NCBI GenBank assembly: GCA_036490575.1
Contig: DASXDP010000245.1
Coordinates: 792 to 64,791, forward strand
DNA length: 64,000 nt
From: Xanthobacteraceae bacterium
GTDB taxonomy: Bacteria > Pseudomonadota > Alphaproteobacteria > Rhizobiales > Xanthobacteraceae
Direction of reading: 5' to 3'
A program made the position numbers and the translations under genes. Shown here in pieces: positions 1-7,980 of the stretch; position 1 is the first letter of the stretch; every line of letters begins with the position of its first letter. Under the pieces are notes generated by a model, which made no database searches, had not been told where the DNA came from, and saw only the letters and a list, made by a program, of their open reading frames with translations.

Positions 1-407
1 TCACTCTCATTCTTGCTGGCATGGTTTCAGTTATTTCGACTGCATCTCACGCCGACGAGAAAGAGGACGCCACTGCTGCTGCCACGGCTTTTTTCGCGGC
101 GTTGGCGGAGAAGAAGTACGATCTGATCTGGGACACGCAGGCAAGCGACCGGTATAAAAACGACATGGGAAATACCAGGGAGTCGTTCGCCGTCGGCCTT
201 GCGAGCCTGCGCCGAGACATTGGTACATTGACGAGCAGCACTGTCCTCTATGTCAGATACGACCCGCCTCACCCAACCTGGGCATTCAAGGGAAAAGGTT
301 ACATATTCGCGTTCGAAAATGTTTATACGACGGGGACGCGCGTCGAGTACGTTGTCATAGTTGAAGAAAATGGACGGTTCAAAATGCAGGGCATGGGTTT
401 AGGTTGA
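1..407 (+). CDS. hypothetical secreted protein, 5' end truncated by window edge
   Basis: ORF 21..407. The same frame stays open back to base 3 and reads TLILAG-MVSVISTASHA, which is a signal-peptide core plus AxA site, so the true start is upstream of the window. No family recognised. Confidence 0.5.
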   Translation, partial: TLILAGMVSVISTASHADEKEDATAAATAFFAALAEKKYDLIWDTQASDRYKNDMGNTRESFAVGLASLRRDIGTLTSSTVLYVRYDPPHPTWAFKGKGYIFAFENVYTTGTRVEYVVIVEENGRFKMQGMGLG

Positions 408-575
408 CGCAGCGTTACACGCTGCACCGCGTCCGGGAAACGGAGAGAGTGCCCTCGCCTCGCCCGCCTTTCTCCGCTAGTTTGCCGCGCTAGATTTTTT
501 GTTGAGCATGATCTTGTCCGAAAACCGGTAACCGCTTTTCGGGATCATGCTCCCCCGCACTGGAGAGACCGCACC

Positions 576-1034
576 ATGCGAGAATTCTCGCGCCGCTCGG
601 CGCTCGCAGTTCCCGTTGTCGCAACCGCGGCAGCCGCCATCACAGGAGTATTGGCCTTGTCCGAATCCGCGAACGCCCAGCAGCCCGTCACCACGCCGTC
701 CGGCCTGCAATACATCGACACCAAAGCCGGCACCGGCGCGTCGCCGAAGACCGGCCAGACTTGCGTGATGCACTACACCGGGTGGCTCTACGAGAACGGC
801 AAGAAGGCCGCGAAATTCGACTCGTCGCTCGATCGCGGGGCGCCGTTCGAGTTTCCGATCGGCAACGGCCGGGTCATCAAGGGCTGGGACGAAGGCGTCG
901 CCAGCATGAAGGTCGGCGGCAAGCGCACGCTGATCATCCCGCCCGAGCTCGGCTACGGCGCGCGCGGCGCCGGCGGCGTCATTCCGCCGAACGCGACCCT
1001 GATGTTCGACGTCGAGCTGCTCGGGATCAAATAG
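576..1034 (+). CDS. FKBP-type peptidyl-prolyl cis-trans isomerase, exported
   Basis: 152 aa. GGAGAG RBS lies 8 nt upstream. N-terminal signal has SRRSAL, an Ala-rich core and ANA-QQ. The FKBP core is [12 protein letters not shown]...[32 protein letters not shown]...[32 protein letters not shown]. Confidence 0.93.
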   Translation: MREFSRRSALAVPVVATAAAAITGVLALSESANAQQPVTTPSGLQYIDTKAGTGASPKTGQTCVMHYTGWLYENGKKAAKFDSSLDRGAPFEFPIGNGRVIKGWDEGVASMKVGGKRTLIIPPELGYGARGAGGVIPPNATLMFDVELLGIK

Positions 1035-1070
1035 ATGCGGCTCTCACTTCGTCACCGGCGCGTGTACCGT

Positions 1071-1210
1071 TTCACCTCTCCCCAGTGGGGAGAGGTCGCG
1101 AACGGAGTGAGCGGGTGAGGGGAAGCCAACCGCGACGTTCGATTCCCCTCACCCGCTTCGCGCTGCCGCGCTCAGCGGCCTCTCCCCAACGGGGAGAGGC
1201 GAATTTTCAC
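1071..1210. repeat. composite three-hairpin REP/MITE-like element (CCTCTCCCC-n3-GGGGAGAGG type)
   Basis: Three palindromes: cctctcccc/ggggagagg at 1075-1095, gcgggtgagggga/tcccctcacccgc at 1111-1156, and cctctcccc/ggggagagg at 1179-1199 followed by gaattttca. A second copy in the same order and orientation lies at 38770-38910. Confidence 0.8.
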
Positions 1211-1413
1211 GGGACATAGGGTCGACTAAGGCGTCAACGCGACATCGCCCGTTGGCGCGTGGCTTTTGCCGGCAATGACGGACGAGCGCGTTCCGGGAAC
1301 CAGGACCGTTCCCCGGATATTCTACTGATGCGTCTGCCTGGCATGCCCGCGCACAATCGCCCCGCCCCCCGGCACAAGACGCTGCCAAACATCAGAAACT
1401 CCAGGAGATAGAC

Positions 1414-1830
1414 ATGGACGTCGCTCTTGCGAACAAGAACGAACAAGTCACTTTTACGAAAATGGAACCGCCAAAGTGGCTCCTAGCGATGTGGAAGGAG
1501 ATTGACGACAAAACCTTCGGCAAGGGTTTTGACTGCTTCACCGAGGATGCGGTCTGCAATCTCGGCGTCGCCGATTGGAAAGGCCGCGAAGCGATCCGCG
1601 CCAACCTCAAGGCCTTCATCGATACCGGGTTCACCGCGCGGCATCACGTCGCCGAATATTGGGATGCAGGTTTTCTGAAAGTGTTCCGCGGCGTCGTCGA
1701 TATGAAGCCCGATGACCGCTCGAAACCGACGGTCCATCCGAGCATGAGCCATTTCTTTTACATGGATGACAAGGACCAAACAAAGGTGCGCCGGTGGATT
1801 GGCGCGGTGGGACCGGTGTCGTTCGGCTGA
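1414..1830 (+). CDS. NTF2/SnoaL-like fold protein
   Basis: 138 aa with AGGAGA RBS. The pattern W..I...D...F...F.ED.V......W.GREAI...L..F and its size fit SnoaL/NTF2-like proteins. Family assignment is by eye only. Confidence 0.6.
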   Translation: MDVALANKNEQVTFTKMEPPKWLLAMWKEIDDKTFGKGFDCFTEDAVCNLGVADWKGREAIRANLKAFIDTGFTARHHVAEYWDAGFLKVFRGVVDMKPDDRSKPTVHPSMSHFFYMDDKDQTKVRRWIGAVGPVSFG

Positions 1831-1890
1831 TCGCCTCGGGCACGCTTCGGGTTTGCCCCCCTACGTTATTTGGTCAGCCCCGCACTCTTT

Positions 1891-1916
1891 CACCTCTCCC
1901 CGGTGGGGGAGAGGTG
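1891..1916. repeat. solo REP hairpin of the GGGGAGAGG family
   Basis: cacctctcccc-ggt-gggggagaggtg followed by aattttca, the same tail as the 1179-1210 unit. Confidence 0.75.
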
Positions 1917-2480
1917 AATTTTCAGTTCGATCGTCCAAGAATCATTGGAGTGCCGCGAACTTTCAGAAAGCCTCGCGCGCCAAAGTTCTTTGATACATCA
2001 TCAGAAACTCGAACATCTTTGACTTTGTCGCGGCGATGGCGATAACCGCCGCCGTCTTGCTCGTTAAAGGGCGCCGTTCCGGACGGCATGCCGTAACAGC
2101 GGAGCGAGATGCGGTGCCCGCGCGCGGAATTGCCAATCCGCTCCCGGGCGGCTTTGGGGCACCGGTCGGCCGGCAAAAAGACCGGTCCGCACGGAGCGTG
2201 CTTAACCGCGGCAAGCTTTTTGGGGAAGCAGGCAAAACACCTGCCAGCCGCCGCCGCGGGAAACCCGGTTCTGAAGCTGAGCCATCGGGTGGAACCGGTG
2301 GCGAGTGCCGCGAGCGTGAGCGCCGAAAGGTGGGCGCGCAGGTAAAGCTGCGCGCACGCCGCGCTAGACGCGGACATTGGTAGGACATGCGCCTTTCGGC
2401 GCTCCGCTTCCCTTTTTCGTGCGCGTGATCTTGGCGTCGTTGTTGTGAGCATGCCTCGGATGCGATGCGTCGCGAGAATG

Positions 2481-2535
2481 CATTCGCTTTTCCCCTCCCC
2501 CGCATGCGAAGCGCGCGGCGGGAGGGAAAAGAATG
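2481..2535. repeat. imperfect palindromic REP-like element
   Basis: The left arm cattcgcttttcccctcccccgc pairs imperfectly with the right arm gcggcgggagggaaaagaatg. Confidence 0.55.
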
Positions 2536-2627
2536 AGCCACGAAACTTAGTGCCCGCTGTTTGAAATTGTTGATCGGAAAGAGATGCGATGGACCGCAAA
2601 ATCCTTTGCGACGCGCCGCTCTAGTGC

Positions 2628-2734
2628 CGTCATCCTGAGGTGCGCGCCATAGGCGCGCCTCGAAGGATGCTGTTCAGGCTCGGTCGCCCCTTCGAGGCTC
2701 GCCGACTTTCGTCGGCTCGCACCTCAGGGTGACG
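2628..2734. repeat. inverted pair of CGTCAYCCTGAGGTGCG REP units
   Basis: cgtcatcctgaggtgcgcgccataggcgcgcctcgaagg (left) versus the reverse complement of ccttcgaggctcgccgactttcgtcggctcgcacctcagggtgacg (right). Each arm carries its own internal hairpin. Confidence 0.8.
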
Positions 2735-2746
2735 CGGTACGTTGGC

Positions 2747-2968
2747 CTACTCCCCCTCCCCGTCGGTCGGGGGCGCGGCGACGCGCATTTCGTGGAAGCG
2801 CTCCTCGATCATGGCGTAGGTCTCGCGGACCAGGATGTGGGTCGCGACCTCGTTCTCGGTGCGGCCGAGCTTGCCGAGATTTGCCAATAGAACCAGGTAG
2901 TTGAAGGTTTCGATCGGCAGCGTCAGGCTCAACGCCCGCGCCTCCGAACGGTTTTCCGGCCGCGCCAT
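2747..2968 (-). CDS. small conserved-looking hypothetical protein (possibly ribbon-helix-helix-like), divergent from gcrA
   Basis: 73 aa: MARPENRSEARALSLTLPIETFNYLVLLANLGKLGRTENEVATHILVRETYAMIEERF... The composition is protein-like and suggests a strand-helix-helix pattern. There is no clear RBS. Confidence 0.5.
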   Translation of the reverse strand: MARPENRSEARALSLTLPIETFNYLVLLANLGKLGRTENEVATHILVRETYAMIEERFHEMRVAAPPTDGEGE

Positions 2969-2976
2969 CGACTACA

Positions 2977-3045
2977 GACTCGCCAATAATAACTTGGTTA
3001 CAATACAGTTAAAACTATTGGCCGGCGACTCGAATCGTGCGAGTC
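2977..3045. promoter_or_regulatory. cluster of four GANTC (CcrM-type) motifs plus a CtrA-box-like TTAC-N7-TTAA
   Basis: GACTC 2977-2981, GACTC 3027-3031, GAATC 3032-3036, GAGTC 3041-3045, and TTACaatacagTTAA 2998-3012. The cluster lies in the divergent region between the 73-aa gene and gcrA. Confidence 0.5.
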
Positions 3046-3294
3046 TTCGCCGCAGCGAGGGTTTTCGCACAACATCCTTAAGGCAGCCCGGTTTGTCCTC
3101 GCGTACGGGCTTGGTCCTCACGCGCTTGCAATCTTCCTGGCGCGGATGCGGCACGGTGCCCGCGGCGCTCTTGGTAAAGTGTGCTGCTTCACCGATTTCG
3201 CGCCCGGATTTTGCAGCGCTCGCGGCGCCTTTTTGCTTGTGCGTGGCCTTTGCCCGATCGCGGCCGCGGCGGCCGCCTTCTTTGCGAGGCCAAG

Positions 3295-3762
3295 ATGACC
3301 CTTCAAACCTGGACGCCGGAGCGCGTCGAGCAACTGCGCTCGTGCGTCGTCACCGGCTTAACGTGCAGTCAGATCGCGGCGGAGATCGGCGTCTCCCGCA
3401 ATGCCGTCATCGGCAAAATTCATCGGCTCGGCCTGTCGTCGGGGCGACCCCCGGGCGGCGCGGCGCGCACCTGCCCTCCGCGCGCCCGCCTCCCGCGGGC
3501 GCCGCGCCAGCGGCAGCTTTTGCGCCTGATGTGGTCGGATGGCGGGCCGGCGGCCAACGCCGCGACCGGCTCGTCCGCAGTCGACAGCGCACAGCCGTGC
3601 TCGCTCATAGAGCTCGATCGCGGCAAGTGCCGCTGGCCGCTCGGCGAGATCACCGGCAGCCGCGATTTCACTTTCTGTGGCAACGCCGCGCCCGATGGCC
3701 TTTCCTACTGTGCCGGCCACGCGCGGATGGCGTATCGCGTGCCGGCGCGACGGAGCGCGTAG
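3295..3762 (+). CDS. gcrA: GcrA cell-cycle regulator
   Basis: The internal ATG at 3295 gives MTLQTWTPERVEQLRSCVVTGLTCSQIAAEIGVSRNAVIGKIHRLGL. This is followed by a Pro/Arg/Ala-rich linker and the C-terminal CSLIELDRGKCRWPLGE......FCG.....G.SYC..H...AY, the canonical GcrA architecture. Confidence 0.93.
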   Translation: MTLQTWTPERVEQLRSCVVTGLTCSQIAAEIGVSRNAVIGKIHRLGLSSGRPPGGAARTCPPRARLPRAPRQRQLLRLMWSDGGPAANAATGSSAVDSAQPCSLIELDRGKCRWPLGEITGSRDFTFCGNAAPDGLSYCAGHARMAYRVPARRSA

Positions 3763-3769
3763 CGCTGCA

Positions 3770-4528
3770 TCACGCCCGATGCCGGTCGCTGTCGATCGGC
3801 AGCACCTGGCCGCTGATCGACTTGCCGGCGTCGGAGGCTAAAAACACCGCGAGCGCGGCGATGTCCTTCGGATCGACCATCTCCTTGATCGATTGCTCGG
3901 CCATCGCCGCGGCGCGCACCTCCGTGATCGACTTGCCGCTGAACTGCGCGCGGTTGGCGAACATGCGCTCGACGCGATCGCCTGCAACCGCGCCCGGCGC
4001 AATGGCGTTGGCGCGGATGCCAAACGCGCCAAGCTCGATCGCCAGCGTCTTGGTGAAGCCGATCACGCCCCATTTGGTGGCGGCGTAGGGGCTGCGGTTC
4101 TCAAAACCGAAGCGGCCGGCCACCGAGGATAGGTTGATGATGACGCCGGCCGGTGACTGCTTGAGATGCGGGATCGCAAGTCTCGTGGCATCGAACATGG
4201 CGGTGAGATTGACCGCGATGACCCTGTCCCAGTCGTCCGGCGGATAATCGGCGACCGGCAAAGTCATGCCGGAGATGCCGGCGTTGTTGATCAGGACGTC
4301 GAGGCCGCCGAGGCGGGCAACCGCGTCGGGCACCATGCGCTCGATTTCGGCGCGGCGTCCCATGTCGCATTTCTGCGCGATCAAACCCGGGATTTCCCTG
4401 GCGATCGCTGCGAGCGCGTTCTCGTCGATGTCGCAGACGAATACGCCCGCGCCGGTCGCGGCGAACGCGCGGGCGAACTCACGGCCGATGCCGGCCGCGC
4501 CTGCTGTGATCAAGACCCGTTGTGGCAT
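3770..4528 (-). CDS. SDR family oxidoreductase
   Basis: 252 aa with TAGAAGIG dinucleotide motif, NNAG, S...YAATK catalytic triad region and PG. This is a classical short-chain dehydrogenase. Confidence 0.92.
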   Translation of the reverse strand: MPQRVLITAGAAGIGREFARAFAATGAGVFVCDIDENALAAIAREIPGLIAQKCDMGRRAEIERMVPDAVARLGGLDVLINNAGISGMTLPVADYPPDDWDRVIAVNLTAMFDATRLAIPHLKQSPAGVIINLSSVAGRFGFENRSPYAATKWGVIGFTKTLAIELGAFGIRANAIAPGAVAGDRVERMFANRAQFSGKSITEVRAAAMAEQSIKEMVDPKDIAALAVFLASDAGKSISGQVLPIDSDRHRA

Positions 4529-4611
4529 CGTCCCCTCCCTCGCGTTAACCGCTCAATATCCATGAATACCCGATCAAAATATGGTCCCAACGCACATAAG
4601 GGAGAAACCGC

Positions 4612-4845
4612 ATGGACGCTAATCTCAACGCCCGCATCCGTGAACGCGCCTACGAAATCTGGTTTGCCACCGGCTGCCGCAGCGGTGAAGCCGAGCAGCA
4701 TTGGCTCGCCGCCGAGCGCGAAATCCTCCATGCCGCCAAGCCGGCGATTGCCGACAAGCCGACGATCGCGACAAAGCAGACGAGCGCCGGGAAAGCCAGC
4801 CGGCCGAGGTCTCGGGCCACGCCGAAGGCAACCGCCGCCAACTAG
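4612..4845 (+). CDS. DUF2934-like small protein
   Basis: 77 aa with GGGAGA RBS. IRERAYEIWFATGCRSGEAEQHWLAAEREI matches the RAYxIWexxGrpxGxxxxxWlxAE signature, followed by a basic low-complexity tail. Confidence 0.7.
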   Translation: MDANLNARIRERAYEIWFATGCRSGEAEQHWLAAEREILHAAKPAIADKPTIATKQTSAGKASRPRSRATPKATAAN

Positions 4846-5042
4846 CAAGGCCACGCCGCGAAGCCCGCCTGCGGTTTTCACTTCGGGCGGCGGTTGAGCG
4901 CCGGCAATGGTTTTACCGCCGGATGGCATCCGGAAGAACGGCGTTCCCCTCATCTTTCCGCCCGGAGCATAACCGTTCATTCCGCGTTCAGGCTCGCCCT
5001 GTTAACGCCACAAGGGCTGGGCTTTTAACAGGGGGCTTTCCC

Positions 5043-5315
5043 ATGAAGTTGTTTACTGCGGTGGTACTTGCGGTTTCTCTGGCGGCAGTTGGCGCGGCGA
5101 GCGCCGATGCACCTCCGGCGAAGCCGATGATGAAAAAGCCGATGGCTTCTCACATGACGCACAAGCCGATGATGCATACGGGGCACATGCACATGTGGCC
5201 GATGTGCAAAGAAGGCATGAACAAAATGGCCTGTGTCTGCAAGGGCGCGACGGCCAAGGCGTCGTGCAAGGGCGGCCAGTGGTGCCATACTTGGGCCGGC
5301 GCCTGCACGATGTAA
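5043..5315 (+). CDS. secreted Met/His/Cys-rich miniprotein (putative periplasmic Cu/soft-metal binder)
   Basis: The internal ATG at 5043 gives the signal peptide MKLFTAVVLAVSLAAVGAASA-DA. The mature part is PPAKPMMKKPMASHMTHKPMMHTGHMHMWPMCKEGMNKMACVCKGATAKASCKGGQWCHTWAGACTM. Confidence 0.6.
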   Translation: MKLFTAVVLAVSLAAVGAASADAPPAKPMMKKPMASHMTHKPMMHTGHMHMWPMCKEGMNKMACVCKGATAKASCKGGQWCHTWAGACTM

Positions 5316-5488
5316 CGTTGCCTGCCTGGACCATGCTCCAGGCAGGATTGCCGGTTGCCACTGTCACTTTCTGAGCGGTTGCGGCGCGGCGAAAGATAGC
5401 GCGAGATGGGCTAAGCGACAGCGGAGCCCATCTCGTTGCTTTTTGTACCCATATTTCGCCGACGCCCCTTCCCGGCTAAGCTTGCGCC

Positions 5489-5764
5489 ATGGCAGCTCCT
5501 AAGCAGTTGGATGACTTTCCCGTCGCGCCCCCGCTCATCGTCAAGGACGAGCCGAAGCCGCGGCATCTCAAAACCCTGAAGGATGCCCGCGCGTACGTCG
5601 AGGAGGCGATGCGGATCGGGCGGCCGGAGCCGTGGCGTGAAGTGCAACACCGCCTCAAGACGGTGACCGACGAGGAGGACGCCATCGAGGCGATCGGCGA
5701 CCTGCGCGAGCTTCTCGGCGAAGAGGATCTGCTGCTCCCCTCCGGCCCCGGTCCCAGGGCCTAG
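5489..5764 (+). CDS. hypothetical protein
   Basis: 91-aa ORF with acidic, protein-like composition (LKDARAYVEEAMRIGRPEPWREVQHRLKTVTDEEDAIEAIGDLRELL). No obvious RBS. Confidence 0.45.
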   Translation: MAAPKQLDDFPVAPPLIVKDEPKPRHLKTLKDARAYVEEAMRIGRPEPWREVQHRLKTVTDEEDAIEAIGDLRELLGEEDLLLPSGPGPRA

Positions 5765-6087
5765 GCTTCAAGGTCTAAGTTTCAAGGCTCTGAGTACGCC
5801 GGCCGGTCAGCGCCCGCACGATTCGGCCGCACCCGCCGCAGCTTTCAGAGAATCGTGCCGCGGCGCGTAAACGAGAGGTGAATCCGGGAAAAAACAAACT
5901 TTGGGACTCTGGCCCCGAGTCTCGTTCATGCTCCGGATAGCCGATTCCCGGAGCCGGCCATGCAGTTGATGTTAGTGCTCAGTCTCGTGACCGCCTGCGC
6001 GGTCAACACGGCCTGCCTTTACTGCCTCCTTTAGGCAGCGGCGCGCGCCGGATTTTCCCGCGCCATACGCTTGCGACCGCGTGCGCG

Positions 6088-6594
6088 TTAGACAAACGGG
6101 TTGCCGGCAATCCCGGCGCCGGCGCGAATAAAGCCCGAGCCGACCGCACCTAACAGGCCTTCGATCTTGTCGAGCGTTGAATCGATCAGACCGGCCGGTT
6201 CGCCGGCATCCACCATCCCTTTGAGCTGAAGGAGCGCCTGGTTGGCGGCATCGATGCGCCGCGCCAGAACCACAGTGACGTAGGACAGCGCTACCGGATC
6301 CTGCAGCAGGGCCGCGGCATCGGCGGCGTAAAATTCCGATTCTTCCAGCGCGACCACGTCGGCGCTGTGCGGCGCATCGAGCAGTGCCGAAAGCTCGCCG
6401 AATACCGCGCCGGGCTCGCTCACCTGGGCGACCTCGATCTCGTCCTTCATGATGCTGACCGAGCCGCTCTTGAGGATCAGCAGCCGTCCGGTTTTGGTGC
6501 CCTCGGCGAATACGGTGTCGCCGGCGGCGATGCTGATGAGCGGAAGTACCGCCAACCGTTTGCGCCACTCCTCGGGATCGAGAACAAATGACAT
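6088..6594 (-). CDS. stand-alone cyclic-nucleotide-binding domain protein
   Basis: Start MSFVLD at 6594 with GGGGG RBS. The cNMP-binding beta-barrel signature is G..VF.EG......L.IL.SG.V.......E......PGAVFGELSAL......A.VVA.E. Confidence 0.75.
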   Translation of the reverse strand: MSFVLDPEEWRKRLAVLPLISIAAGDTVFAEGTKTGRLLILKSGSVSIMKDEIEVAQVSEPGAVFGELSALLDAPHSADVVALEESEFYAADAAALLQDPVALSYVTVVLARRIDAANQALLQLKGMVDAGEPAGLIDSTLDKIEGLLGAVGSGFIRAGAGIAGNPFV

Positions 6595-6677
6595 GGTGCC
6601 CCCAAAATTCTTGATGCAATCGCCGCGCAACTACGGCTGCGCCTTCCGCATGTTGTATTTCGGCAAATCGCGGCGCG

Positions 6678-7124
6678 CTACGTCTTCCTGGCCTTTCCCC
6701 AAATCAGCGCGTCCAGGCTGATCGGTCCGGGCCCGGCGAATATCAGATAAAAAAACACAAAGCAGAACATGATCGCGAGCTCGCCGTGATTGATGTACGG
6801 AAAGAACGAATGCGGCGCGTGGAACATGAAATATCCCACCGCCATTTCTCCCGACATGATCAAGGCCACGGCGCGCGTGAATAACCCGAAGGTCAGGAGA
6901 ATGCCGCCACCAAATTCGATGAGGGCGGCAAACCATTCCAGGTCGAAGAGCGTCGGCGCCGCCATACCCGCCGAAGGAAAGCCGAAAAACTTCGACGTGC
7001 CGTGCTGGATAAACAACAGCGCCGCGATGATGCGGAGCAGGCTCAGGGCATAAGGCGCAAGCCGAGTGAGGCCGCCTCGCCAGGAGGTACTGTCGGAACC
7101 CGCAAGAGAAGCCGAAGCGTCCAT
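6678..7124 (-). CDS. DoxX family membrane protein
   Basis: 148 aa with four hydrophobic helices. LLRIIAALLFIQHGTSKFFGFP and FAALIEFGGGILLTFGLFTR are typical DoxX motifs. Confidence 0.85.
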   Translation of the reverse strand: MDASASLAGSDSTSWRGGLTRLAPYALSLLRIIAALLFIQHGTSKFFGFPSAGMAAPTLFDLEWFAALIEFGGGILLTFGLFTRAVALIMSGEMAVGYFMFHAPHSFFPYINHGELAIMFCFVFFYLIFAGPGPISLDALIWGKARKT

Positions 7125-7281
7125 CGCAAACCTCGCAAAAAAATTTGTTCGGGAGCGGACTTTACGACCTGCTGCGGCCCGGCGTCTTCAAAAAATTCTT
7201 ATCTTTGCCATCAAACCGGGAACACGGCGGCACCCTTCCGAGTTTTTACCTGGCATCGAAATTAAAGCGCGATGGTCGGAT

Positions 7282-7518
7282 ATGGATCAACGTGACCAGG
7301 AATTTTTGAGTAAGCAATTGCGCCACCTGCCACCATCCTCCCCCGGCAGCGGCGGCACTATCATGCTCACCATGGCCGCTATATTTCTTGCCGGCGTCAC
7401 ACTCGGCGCGCTGATGTTCGACTTTAAATCGCCCCCGACGCAAACGGTCGAACGCACGCGGGCGGCGACGCAAACCGCCATGTCATGGCCGTCGCCGACG
7501 GTACCTTTCGCCCGGTAA
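7282..7518 (+). CDS. hypothetical single-pass membrane protein
   Basis: ATG at 7282 inside ORF 7066..7518. One TM helix (IMLTMAAIFLAGVTLGALMF). Coding status is uncertain. Confidence 0.3.
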   Translation: MDQRDQEFLSKQLRHLPPSSPGSGGTIMLTMAAIFLAGVTLGALMFDFKSPPTQTVERTRAATQTAMSWPSPTVPFAR

Positions 7519-7534
7519 CAGGATCGGCGAAGCA

Positions 7535-7840
7535 TTATTCTTCCGGCTCGGTCGTGAAGAACAGCGGGAACCCTTTCTGCTTGCCGAAATCGGTCGCTTC
7601 CTTGGCCTTGGTCTCGGCAACGTCGCGGACGTAAACCGCGATCACGCAAGCGCCTTTTTGGTGCGCCGTCATCATCACCCGGTACGCCTGGTCCTCGTTC
7701 ATGCGGAAGACCGCCTTGAGCACGAGGACGACAAACTCGCGCGGGGTGTAATCGTCATTAAGCAGGATGACTTTGTAGAGCGGCGGCCGCTGCGTTTTGG
7801 TCGCCGTTTTGGTACGCGGTTTTACCAGGGTCTTGCTCAT
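7535..7840 (-). CDS. clpS: ATP-dependent Clp protease adaptor ClpS (not adjacent to clpA)
   Basis: Start MSKTLV at 7840. PPLYKVILLNDDYTPREFVVLVLKAVFRMNEDQAYRVMMTAHQKGACVIAVYVRDVAETK is the canonical ClpS core. Confidence 0.92.
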   Translation of the reverse strand: MSKTLVKPRTKTATKTQRPPLYKVILLNDDYTPREFVVLVLKAVFRMNEDQAYRVMMTAHQKGACVIAVYVRDVAETKAKEATDFGKQKGFPLFFTTEPEE

Positions 7841-7980
7841 CGCAAGGTGCTCCGCAGCGCTGCTTGGCGACCCGTGCCAAGTATATCGTGCGCCCGGCCA
7901 CGTACCCAATAGCCACGCTCAGCCGTCTTGGAACGCGCGCCGATCTGTGCGCTTAATCGGCGCCGCATGTGGAGGTCGCC

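Noticed and set aside
1125-1160. A tRNA or tmRNA T-arm-like string gttcgattcccctcacc.
   Set aside because: The flanks do not form a 5-bp T-stem or an acceptor stem. The string is the loop-proximal part of the gcgggtgagggga/tcccctcacccgc REP palindrome.
2040-2410. I asked whether the structured spacer is a known RNA (RNase P, two-piece tmRNA, SRP RNA, cobalamin or TPP riboswitch).
   Set aside because: It lacks the universally conserved strings on either strand. Missing are GGAAAGTCCGGGC and ACAGAACCCGGCTTA of RNase P, an ANDN-type tag ORF and TCCACCA end for tmRNA, GGAAGCAGCC in SRP context, and the B12 box. Loose similarities such as GAAAGGTG...GGTAAAGC are just GNRA-type hairpins. It is kept only as an unassigned structured region.
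2901-4088. A 395-aa plus-strand ORF runs across the gcrA region into the SDR gene.
   Set aside because: It overlaps gcrA in another frame and the SDR gene on the opposite strand. The translation is Arg/Ala/Pro/Ser-rich and not protein-like.
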